Part shown: positions 30,308-38,717 of the stretch, piece after piece | How the letters are laid out: each line of letters opens with the position of its first letter | Numbering within the stretch: the stretch's first letter is position 1 | Assembly: GCA_963832955.1 (NCBI GenBank) | Contig: CAWHWC010000001.1 | Span: forward strand, 89,851-153,850 | Direction of reading: 5' to 3' | Length of the DNA stretch: 64,000 nucleotides | Origin: an uncultured Actinomycetes bacterium | Lineage (GTDB): Bacteria > Actinomycetota > Thermoleophilia > Gaiellales > JAICJC01 | The notes under the pieces: generated by a model | What the model saw: only the letters and a program-made list of their open reading frames with translations | What the model was told of the DNA's origin: nothing | The model's database searches: none | Translations under genes and position numbers: made by a program

Positions 30308-33298
30308 ATGCGGTCTAGTGTCGGCAACGTGCTGATCTGCACGAGTTGTGGGCACGAGAACGGCGACGGCGCGAAGTTCTGCGAGGAATGCGGCCGCTCG
30401 TTCGCGGGTGCGTTCGCCCAGTCGCAGGAGCAGCGCAAGACGGTGACGGTCCTGTTCTGCGATGTGACCGGGTCGACGGAGCTGGGTGAGTCGATGGATC
30501 CGGAGCGGCTGCGTGCGCTGCTCGCGCAGTACTTCGAGCAGATGCGGGTGATCGTGGAGCGGCACGGCGGCAGCGTGGAGAAGTTCATCGGCGATGCTGT
30601 GATGGCGGTGTTCGGGGTGCCGGTGCTGCACGAGGATGACGCGCTGCGGGCGGTGCGGGCGGCTGTGGAGATGCGAGACGCGCTACCCGAGCTTGGGCTG
30701 CAGGGGCGGCTCGGCGTCATGACCGGGGAGGTGGTGACGGGGACGGAGGAGCGGCTTGCAACCGGGGATGCGGTCAATGTGGCCGCTCGGTTGGAGCAGG
30801 CGGCACGGCCGGGGGAGGTGCTCGTGGGTGCGGCAACGGTGGAGCTCGTCCACGATTCGGCCGTGGTCGAGCAGGCGGGCGCATTGGAGTTGAAGGGCAA
30901 GGCGAGGCCGGTGGACGCCTACCGGTTGGTGGAGGTGGGTCGTGCGCCGCCGCGGGCGCAGGACACGGCCTTCGTCGGTCGTGTCGGCGAGCTCGAGGCG
31001 CTGCGGGATGCGTGGGATCGGGTGCGGGCAGAGCAGAGGTGTGAGCTTGTTACGGTGGTCGGTGATGCCGGCGTCGGAAAGTCTCGGCTCGTCGCAGAGT
31101 TTCTACGCTCGATCGACGCGACCGCCGTTCGCGGCCGCTGCTTGCCGTACGGGGACGGCATCACCTACTGGCCGGTGGTCGAAGTGTTGAAGCAGCTCGA
31201 TCTGGTCCCGGACGACCCGGCGGTGGCCGCGCCGATCGATGCGCTGCTCAGGAGAACAACCGTACCGACGTCTGCCGACGAGGTGGCCTGGGCGTTTCGC
31301 AAGACGCTCGAGCAGGCGTCCGCTGAGCGACCATTGGTGGTTGTCTTCGACGACATCCAGTGGGGGGAGCAGACGTTCATCGACCTAGTCGAGCACGTCG
31401 CGCTGCTCTCGTCCGGTGCGTCGATCCTGCTCGTCTGCATGGCCCGGCCCGAGTTGGCCGAGCGTCGTACAGGCTGGCCCGTTGTGCTCCGGCTCGACGG
31501 GTTGGGTGATGCGGACGTCGATGCCCTCCTCCCCGCTGGGATGTCCGACGAGTTGCGCGGGCGGATTGCGCGATCGGCCGGCGGCAATCCGCTTTTCGTC
31601 GAGGAGATGCTGGCCGTGGCGGGGGACGCAGACGGCGACGTGGTCGTCCCGCCCACCCTGCAAGCGTTGCTCGGTGCGCGGCTGGATCAGCTGGACGCTT
31701 CTGAGCGGAGCGTGCTGGAGCGGGCCGCTGTCGAGGGCGAGGTCTTCCACCGCGGCGCCGTTCAAGCGCTCACCCCAGGCGATACCACCGTGACTCCCCG
31801 CCTGGCTGCCCTGGTGCGCCGAAAGTTGATCGGGCCCGAACGGCCGGTGGTCGCCGGCGAGGACGCGTTCCGCTTCCGCCACCTGCTCATCCGCGACGCC
31901 GCCTACGACTCCCTGCCCAAGGCAGCGCGGGCTGACCTCCATCTCCGCTTCGCCGCATGGATGAGTCGGCAAGGCGCGGATCTGGTCGAGCTGGACGAGA
32001 TCGTCGGCTACCACCTCGAGCAGGCGCTCCACTACCAGGCCGAGCTGGGGCTGGCCCGCGACGAAGCCGTGACCGCCGCCGCCGTCCGACACCTGAGCGC
32101 GGCCGGCGGGCGGGCGAACGATCGTGGGGACCCCGACGCGGCTGCAAGCCTCCTGGCCCGAGCGGTCGCAATGCTCCCGCCCGGCCAGATCGATCTCGCC
32201 GCCGAAACCAACCTCATCGACGCGCTCCTCTGGGGCGGCGCGACGGACGCGGCGCTCAGAAGCGCGGAGTCGCTAGCTTCGCGGGCGCGCGCGACTGGTG
32301 CGAAGGTCGGCGAGCTGTGTGGCCAGATCATGGCGGGCCACGTCCGGCTGTTCGTCGCGCCCGGGGGAATCGCCGACCCATTGGAGGCGCTCATCCGGCG
32401 GGCGCTGCCCGTCTTCCAGGCGGCGGACGAACGCGTCGCCCTCCACGTCGCGTACTTTACGCTCGCCTGGGTGAAGCAGCTCCGGGGGCGGATCGGCGAG
32501 GGGCTCGAGGCGGTGGAGCGAGCGGTCGCGTATCGCCCCGAGCGGGCCGGCGATCTCCGGCCGTGGCGCGGCGGCGCACGCTTGGATGGCCCCATGCCCG
32601 TCGCGGACCTGCTCGCCTGGCTGGACGAGCCCGAGCAGCATCAGGTGCACGACCCCTGGCTCGACTCGTACCGGGCACACGCGCTGGCGATGCTCGGCCG
32701 CGTCGACGAGGCCCGTGCCATCATCGCCGAGACGCGGGCCGAGGTGGCAGAGCGCGGGAGCCGACTCGAGGTGGCGGTCTTCACCGGCCAGTACTCGGCC
32801 GAGATCGAACTCCTGGCGGGCGATCCCGTTGCGGCCGCAGACTTCGCCACCGAGGGGTGCCGCCAGCTGGAGAGCCTGGGTGAGCGCTACTTCCAAACCC
32901 CGATGCTCGCTCGCCTGGCCCGCATCCTGTGCGTCCTCGACCGCCTCGACGATGCCGACGAGCTGGTGGAGCGCGTCAGGCGGATGGGCGCGAGCAACGA
33001 CGGCGAGGCAGGGTGCCGGTGGAGACAGGCCAAGGCCGTCCTGCTGGCGCGCCGCGGCCATCACGCTGAGGCCGAGGAGCACGTCCGCGCCGCGGTTGCG
33101 ATCGCCGAGACGACCGACCTCCTCAATAACCGCGCCGACGCATACGCCGACCTCGCCGAGGTGCTCGCCCTCGGCGGGAAAGCCGACGAGGCGACGGAGG
33201 CGCTCGAGCAAGCCCTCGAGCGCTATGAGCGCAAGGAGAACCTCGTCATGGCGAGGCGGACCCGCGACCGGCTGGCGGCTGTAGCGGCCCACACATAG
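30308..33298 (+). CDS. Zinc-ribbon / class III nucleotidyl cyclase / P-loop NTPase (AAA_16, STAND-like) / TPR multidomain protein (paralogue, divergent)
   Basis: ATG 30308. CTSCGHENGDGAKFCEECG. VLFCDVTGST, KFIGDAVMAVFG, NVAARL. GDAGVGKSRL. TPR-like C-terminus. Confidence 0.85.
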   Translation: MRSSVGNVLICTSCGHENGDGAKFCEECGRSFAGAFAQSQEQRKTVTVLFCDVTGSTELGESMDPERLRALLAQYFEQMRVIVERHGGSVEKFIGDAVMAVFGVPVLHEDDALRAVRAAVEMRDALPELGLQGRLGVMTGEVVTGTEERLATGDAVNVAARLEQAARPGEVLVGAATVELVHDSAVVEQAGALELKGKARPVDAYRLVEVGRAPPRAQDTAFVGRVGELEALRDAWDRVRAEQRCELVTVVGDAGVGKSRLVAEFLRSIDATAVRGRCLPYGDGITYWPVVEVLKQLDLVPDDPAVAAPIDALLRRTTVPTSADEVAWAFRKTLEQASAERPLVVVFDDIQWGEQTFIDLVEHVALLSSGASILLVCMARPELAERRTGWPVVLRLDGLGDADVDALLPAGMSDELRGRIARSAGGNPLFVEEMLAVAGDADGDVVVPPTLQALLGARLDQLDASERSVLERAAVEGEVFHRGAVQALTPGDTTVTPRLAALVRRKLIGPERPVVAGEDAFRFRHLLIRDAAYDSLPKAARADLHLRFAAWMSRQGADLVELDEIVGYHLEQALHYQAELGLARDEAVTAAAVRHLSAAGGRANDRGDPDAAASLLARAVAMLPPGQIDLAAETNLIDALLWGGATDAALRSAESLASRARATGAKVGELCGQIMAGHVRLFVAPGGIADPLEALIRRALPVFQAADERVALHVAYFTLAWVKQLRGRIGEGLEAVERAVAYRPERAGDLRPWRGGARLDGPMPVADLLAWLDEPEQHQVHDPWLDSYRAHALAMLGRVDEARAIIAETRAEVAERGSRLEVAVFTGQYSAEIELLAGDPVAAADFATEGCRQLESLGERYFQTPMLARLARILCVLDRLDDADELVERVRRMGASNDGEAGCRWRQAKAVLLARRGHHAEAEEHVRAAVAIAETTDLLNNRADAYADLAEVLALGGKADEATEALEQALERYERKENLVMARRTRDRLAAVAAHT

Positions 33299-33820
33299 CG
33301 GTTGCACAAGCCGATGGTGGCCCGGCCGACACTTACGACGGTCAGCGGCCAGCGTTGGCGTACGGCGGATCCGGACGCAGGCGCAACTGCGGGGGCGGCG
33401 TCGGCAGCGGCCACGTGGTAACACGCGGCTGGGACGGGCTCTGTGCAGGCGACAAGGTCATGGGCAGAGTCTTGATCGCACGCCTAGCCGTCGCTGTACG
33501 GCTGGCAGGCGTCAGGTGGGCGCCTGTCCCGACGATCGTGGTGCGGCCAGCACCCGCGCCACCGACGGCAAGAGGGGTTGCCTGGTGCCCAGCCTTCGCA
33601 CGCCTCAACCTAGGCTTGGCGAGGATCGGATCGCGTCGGGGAGATCCCCATCCGTTTACAGGCCAAGGCGGCGGGCTCTCTGTCGACTACTTGGCTGACT
33701 CCGCGGGGAGCACGGCGCTTCGTCCTTAGACGGCTCGCAGAACGGGGCGGAACTGGGCCCGCTGAACGACCAGCTTCGACTAGCAGCCCATGACCACACG
33801 GGCGCGGCGTTCCGAAGCCT

Positions 33821-33925
33821 CTACATGGAGGGGGCGTCAGCGGCTCGAACGTGTCGGCGCTCCATGACCGCGTCGATCGCCCACTGCTCGCACCGCCGCT
33901 ACTCGCCGCCCGGTTCGCGGTACGC
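33821..33925 (-). repeat. Copy A of a decayed Cys-rich small-ORF module (ends ..RRCEQWAIDAVMERRHVRAADAPSM*), with in-frame TAG at 33899-33901
   Basis: Core tccatgaccgcgtcgatcgcccactgctcgcaccg (33861-33895) recurs at 34981 and 36604. The TAG aligns with a TCG codon in copy C. Confidence 0.6.
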
Positions 33926-34031
33926 ATGCCCTGTCCCTCCCATACACTCGCTGCCGATCATGGAGCTGCTCGTTGCCTTGAAGGCCGATGTTTGGGAAGC
34001 GACCATCAGGGAATGGCGGCCTAGGATCGCT

Positions 34032-34802
34032 ATGGAGCCCTCAGAACACGAGGACGAGCGATATTCAGCGGTCAGGCAGTACTCGCTCGCTGAGATCATT
34101 GGGGTGTGGGCGGCAGCGGCAGTCCCGATGGGTGTTCTCGCGTGGGTCGTCGCTCCCTGGCTTAGGGATCAACTGGGGGGCCGCGACCCGTTCATCGAGG
34201 CGCTCTTGATCTGCTTCAACATGGGGCTCGTCTACCAGCTCGTATTGGTGCTGATTCTGGTTTGGCGGGAGCAGGGAAGCCTTGAATGGTTGCGTGTGCG
34301 TGACGCCCTGTGGCTGCGGGCGCCGAAGGATCCGAAAACGCGACGCGTGGGCGGGAAGGTCTGGTGGTGGGTGCTTCCCTTCCTCCTCCTGTCTGCTGCC
34401 ATAGAAGCGCTCCCCATCTATCCCACGGGGCCGTCGCCCAGGGATCTCCCTAATCTGCTGGGCAGCGACCGCGCCGAGCACTTCTTCAAGGGCGCTTGGG
34501 GCTGGTTCGCGCTGCTTGTGTCGGTGGCCCTCCTGGCCCCGGTGGTTGAGGAACTGCTGTTCCGGGGGCTACTGCTGCCGCGAATGCGAGCCGCAGTCGG
34601 CAGGCGCGATTGGGCGGTAAACGGCGCCCTTTTCGGTGTCTACCACGTGCACCAGCCGTGGAGCATTCCATCCAGCGTGCTTGACGGCATGTTCGGTCAG
34701 GCCTATCCCACGAAGCGGTTCCAGAGCATATGGATAGCGATCATCACGCACACGGCTCCGAGCTTCGTGATCATCGGTGTCGTCCTCAGCCTCGTGCTTT
34801 GA
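34032..34802 (+). CDS. CPBP family (CAAX/Abi) intramembrane glutamic endopeptidase
   Basis: APVVEELLFRGLLLP motif 1, FGVYHV motif 2, ITHTAPSF motif 3, multiple TM helices. ATG 34032 preferred; the upstream part of the ORF overlaps repeat copy A. Confidence 0.8.
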   Translation: MEPSEHEDERYSAVRQYSLAEIIGVWAAAAVPMGVLAWVVAPWLRDQLGGRDPFIEALLICFNMGLVYQLVLVLILVWREQGSLEWLRVRDALWLRAPKDPKTRRVGGKVWWWVLPFLLLSAAIEALPIYPTGPSPRDLPNLLGSDRAEHFFKGAWGWFALLVSVALLAPVVEELLFRGLLLPRMRAAVGRRDWAVNGALFGVYHVHQPWSIPSSVLDGMFGQAYPTKRFQSIWIAIITHTAPSFVIIGVVLSLVL

Positions 34803-34804
34803 TC

Positions 34805-34927
34805 ATGGCCCGCTTGCGCCTCACACCGTGGCGGGTGGTCGGCCTGATCGTCGTACTGCTCCTGCTCTTCGTACTCCTGTTCCTGGTCGGATGGAGCGGC
34901 GGGTCGGGAGGGTCGAACTACCCCTAA
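34805..34927 (+). CDS. 40-aa hydrophobic micro-protein coupled to the CPBP protease gene
   Basis: ATG 3 nt after the CPBP stop. MARLRLTPWRVVGLIVVLLLLFVLLFLVGWSGGSGGSNYP. High GC3 in this frame. Confidence 0.45.
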   Translation: MARLRLTPWRVVGLIVVLLLLFVLLFLVGWSGGSGGSNYP

Positions 34928-34949
34928 AGGCCAGGCCTGGCGAGGCGGT

Positions 34950-35102
34950 CTATCTCCGGGGGGCTCGAGCCCGACGACGTTCCATCACGGCGTCGATCGC
35001 CCAGTGTTCGCCGCGGCCACCTCGCTCGTCGGCGCGTCGCGGCAGAGCCATCGGCCGGATTCGGAGCAGGCAACGGTCTCGAGGCCGGCCGAGCAGCCGG
35101 CC
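34950..35102 (-). repeat. Copy B of the decayed Cys-rich small-ORF module (..GCSAGLETVACSESGRW..//..EHWAIDAVMERRRARAPRR*), frameshifted with an insertion of about 40 nt
   Basis: Core 34981-35013 plus a second block 35054-35102 that matches 36641-36686. No start codon in frame. Confidence 0.6.
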
Positions 35103-35204
35103 GGGGAGCGGTCGGTTGCCAGGAGGCGGACGGCGGGGCCGCCCCGAGCCTACTGGCCATTCCGACGGCTTCCGGCGCGTCCGTGGCGCTCGTACGATGG
35201 TGAT

Positions 35205-35435
35205 ATGCCTCCCCGGCGACGGATTATCGACATCCAGGAGTCTTACTGTCATGGCTGCGGGTCGCCGTTGACCTGGGTGGCCGTATCGGATGTGCTGGTT
35301 GGCTCAACCAGCGGGGTTGCCTCGGATCGGGAGGCATCACCTTCACCAGCCCGCTTCTGGGAGACCGCATGCGGCAAGTGCGGACAGACCTACATGACCA
35401 GCTCCGGGCCGGCAGCTCGTCTTCGCTGGCCGTGA
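35205..35435 (+). CDS. Small zinc-ribbon protein, hypothetical
   Basis: MPPRRRIIDIQESYCHGCG...x35...ACGKCGQTY two CxxC pairs. Moderate GC3. Confidence 0.4.
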   Translation: MPPRRRIIDIQESYCHGCGSPLTWVAVSDVLVGSTSGVASDREASPSPARFWETACGKCGQTYMTSSGPAARLRWP

Positions 35436-35494
35436 GCGGCTCGTCCTAAAGAAGGCCACAGCACCTCCAACGACTAGGCGGCGGATGTTCACCA

Positions 35495-35519
35495 CCTTCG
35501 GTCGTAGACAGACCGAAGG
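35495..35519. terminator. Perfect 9-bp stem / 7-nt loop hairpin between convergent genes
   Basis: ccttcggtc gtagaca gaccgaagg. Confidence 0.35.
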
Positions 35520-35570
35520 CGGGTCGGTAGGCTCGGTTTGGGGACTGGTCACTCCAGAGACCAAGGGAAC

Positions 35571-35667
35571 CCGCGTCCCGCCCATCGTGCGAATGATGCG
35601 GCGCTAGGCTGCCGCACACCGAGGGCGGGACGCGGTCTCCCGCCTGACGTGCGGAGCTCGTCAGGCG
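35571..35667. terminator. Nested/alternative stem-loops at the 3' end of the 35661-36107 gene
   Basis: 13-bp perfect inverted repeat ccgcgtcccgccc(35571-83)/gggcgggacgcgg(35623-35) enclosing a 6-bp hairpin. A second 9-bp inverted repeat cgcctgacg(35641-49)/cgtcaggcg(35659-67) overlaps the stop codon. Confidence 0.3.
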
Positions 35668-36107
35668 GACGCCTGCTCCAGCCGGTCGCGAACCTCGGTC
35701 AGCGCCGCCTGCTCGGCGGGGCTCACCTGCTGCCCCTCCTCTTTGTGGGCGGCCGCGACGTTCGACGCGAGAGTCACGACGAACTCGCGATAGTCATCGA
35801 GCTCCTCGGGCGTGCCCTTCCGGCCGACGACGGCGGCCGCTTCGGCGATCCGCTCGAGGCCGGTGTCGTGCAGCTCGCGGGTCGAGTGGTAGCGGTGCCG
35901 GTCGAACTCAGGCTTGGCCGAGACGATCTCGTCGAGCAGCTCGCTCTGTCCATGCTCCTTGCGGGCGTCCGTGTAGGCGCGCGCGAGCGCCAGGGTCTCG
36001 CGGAACGTCCCACCGCTGTCGGCGGTGAGCACGATCATCCCGGCGGTGACGGGGCCCTCGGCCACCAGATCCCATTCAGCCTCATCGAAGTCGCTCTTCA
36101 CGCTCAT
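35661..36107 (-). CDS. Conserved hypothetical protein (actinobacterial family, all-helical)
   Basis: MSVKSDFDEAEWDLVAEGPVTAGMIVLTADSGGTFRETLALARAYTDARKEHGQSELLDEIVSAKPEFDRHRY... resembles a widespread uncharacterised actinobacterial family. Confidence 0.6.
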   Translation of the reverse strand: MSVKSDFDEAEWDLVAEGPVTAGMIVLTADSGGTFRETLALARAYTDARKEHGQSELLDEIVSAKPEFDRHRYHSTRELHDTGLERIAEAAAVVGRKGTPEELDDYREFVVTLASNVAAAHKEEGQQVSPAEQAALTEVRDRLEQASA

Positions 36108-36578
36108 TCAGTGTCTCCTCCACCGCCACTCGATCATGGCCTCCCCCGGATTGATCTGGCGGCTGGCGGTCGAACCCCGACCAGGATCGGCGAGCCTAGG
36201 GAAGAATCAGGCCGAACCGCGTCTCCCGACCGCGGCTGGCTCCTCAACCCCGACGACCGGCATCCTAGTCATCCTCGGGCGAAGCGCTGTACAACCGAAT
36301 ACCCGAGCGGTCGCCGTGCCGTCGCGGCGTCCGGTTCGCGCGGTGTGGCCTTGGCCCGATCTTGCCGTGGGAGCCGTGGGATCTCGGCCATGTCGACCAC
36401 GGCCGCCGCTCCTCGATCCTGGTTCGGGCGGAATCGCCGGGGAGTTGGCCGGGCACCGCACCGGTAGAGGTGCGAATGTCCTTTCGCTAGTCTGGCGGTG
36501 CCCGGCGCGGGGTCCCCCGAGACCCGCTCTGGGCTAGCCGCGTCTCGCCCCTACTCCTGGTCGCGGGCGAGGCGCGAC

Positions 36579-36786
36579 CTACCCCGATCGAGCTCTTCGG
36601 CGCTCCATCACCGCGTCGATCGCCCAATGCTCGCACCGGCCCGACTCGGAGCAGGCGGCCGTCTCCAGGCCGGTGGAGCAGCGACCGGGTAGCGGCTGGT
36701 GGGGGCCGGCCGCAGAGCGAGCATCGGGTGCGATCGCTGCTCGTCGGCGGCAGGGTGGTCAGTTCGAGCGAAGGGTGCGACATCAT
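36579..36786 (-). pseudogene. Copy C, the most complete Cys-rich small ORF (about 69 aa), apparently frameshifted
   Basis: MMSHPSLELTTLPPTSSDRTRCSLCGRPPPAATR.. shifts frame to ..GRCSTGLETAACSESGRCEHWAIDAVMERRRARSG*. GC3 supports the switch. An imperfect 12-bp hairpin at 36540-36578 follows the stop. Confidence 0.35.
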
Positions 36787-36890
36787 CTTGACGTTGCTCG
36801 CAGCCTCATCTGGCCGTGCGGCGCGCGGGCGATATCGGTGTGATGTCGATGGGGTGGCGCCGCTTGGCGCACACCCCATCGATGAGGTGC

Positions 36891-38514
36891 TCAGTGGTGA
36901 TCGGTGAACGGTTGCGGCACGCCGATGCGGCCGTCCGACCAGGTGTAGTACGTCGTCGTGCCGACGCTTGTGTTGTCGGTGTAGTCGCCGAAGTTGGGGA
37001 TGATTAGGCTGGAGGTGTTCGTCCAATCTGTCGCGCCGGTGGTGATTCGGAAGTCGGCCTTGTTGGAGCTGATGCTGGGTCGACAATCGCCGAAGTAGTC
37101 GGTCGTGGCCGAGTCGGGGCCGAATCGGCGCCGGTCATACCATGACGTGCAGATGTGCCCGTTTGAGCGAACCGATAGGGCCGGCAGGAAGTGAAGCGCG
37201 AAGTCGGAGTCGTCGTTTACCTGCGCGATGGCGCTTGGGTTGCCGAGCGAGGCGGAGTACGACCGCAACCAGATGTCGCCGAGTGGATGCAGGCTGGCGT
37301 CGTTCCATGCCACGACTGCGCGGCCGCTGACTCGGTTCCAGGCGATGCGAGGGAAGTCGTTCCCAGTGCCGCGGTTGTAGCCCGCGATCACCGTGGCGTC
37401 GAGAGACCTGACACCTCCGACCGGCGTCGCGTTGGTCTGGCCCTTCGTGATCACGACCGGGTTGTTCTTCCCACCGTTGAGCGGCGCGTTCGCGCCGGCC
37501 GGCACGACAGCGATGTGCTCGTAGATGTGCGGGTCTCCCCCGAAGAACACGTTGGTGTCGACGTTGCGCTCCCACGCCACGTAGGTATCACCACCAGGTG
37601 CCACTGCCACGTAGGCGCCTTCGTTCTCCACGCTCGGCTCCTCCGGCCACACCAGCGTGGTGTGAAAGTCACTGCTGTTGAGCAGGGTCGCGTTGGCGGG
37701 TACGTGGGCGCGGGCAATGTCGATCTCGCCCTGGCCGGTGTGGTTGCCCGAGATGAAGAAGCGCGTGAACGACATCGCCAGGGTTCGGGTTGACTGATCC
37801 CACGACAAGAAGTCCTTATCCAGGAAGGCGATGTTCGGCGGCGGATTCCTCTGGAAGAGCTTGCACGCGTTCCCGGCCTTGCTCGTCACCGACCGGCTTC
37901 CCCATCGTGACGCCCGTCGCGGTAGGCGTAAGCACCTCCACCGCCACGGTCAGCTGAGCGGGCTTGCCGTCCGTGCAGGCATCGAGAGACGGAAGGAACA
38001 GCGACCCGACGACGAAGTGCGCTCCCCCGTCGATTGAGACGACCGTGGGATCTCCACTCCACTGCTGATCCGGATTCGGGTTTCGCAGGCCGACCAAGTC
38101 TGTGTAGGACGCGCCACCGTCCGTCGAGTAGCCCACGCCAGTCAGCGACGCCTGGAGGCGGTTCCCCTGCAGAAACGCGAACCCAGTCGCGTCGTTCCAT
38201 GCCGCCATCACCTGGCCGGACGTCGTCGCATCGATGGCCGTCTCACTCTGCCCCGCCAGCAAATCCTCCACCGTCGAGGCGGCATCCACGTTCGAGCCAA
38301 ACGACAGCGAACTGGCCGTGGGCGCGACGCGCCTCGCAGCGCCGGATCCGACCTTCGGCGGGTTGAGCCACCCGCGCGCGCCCTGTGACACCCAATGGGC
38401 ATGCAGATGCTGCGCAACCACCTGCTTTAGCGAAACCTGCGCGCCAGCCGACCCCGACCCGCCCCACACCACGACCATCGCGCCCATCACGGCCACCAAC
38501 ACGATCCGACGCAT
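36891..38514 (-). CDS. Secreted BNR/Asp-box (sialidase-like) beta-propeller protein; apparent frameshift near 37890
   Basis: Signal peptide MRRIVLVAVMGAMVVVWGGSGSAGA. Asp-box YSTDGGASY. The 286-aa and 332-aa ORFs join at ..GVTMGKPV/VTSKAGNACK... Confidence 0.6.
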
Positions 38515-38717
38515 CACGCCGCCCCCTTCACCCGACCCTCGCCCGCGTCTAGAAGCGACCCGGAGTCTGCTACTCCACACCACGCATGTCAACCCCGAGA
38601 TGCGGCGCGCTCGGCCCCTGGCGGCACACGGACAGAGAGGGCGGGGCGACCGATCGTCGCTAATCGCGGAGACCACACCGAGACCACACGGCTACGACAT
38701 TCCAGTGCGTCTACGAC

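Noticed and set aside
33299-34031. Possible protein-coding genes in the 730-bp gap upstream of the CPBP gene (ORFs 33355-33729 +, 33342-33608 -, 33610-33927 -)
   Set aside because: The translations are low-complexity or Arg/Pro-rich, with no consistent GC3 bias and no motifs. The only recognisable content is the decayed repeat copy A, which carries an in-frame stop.
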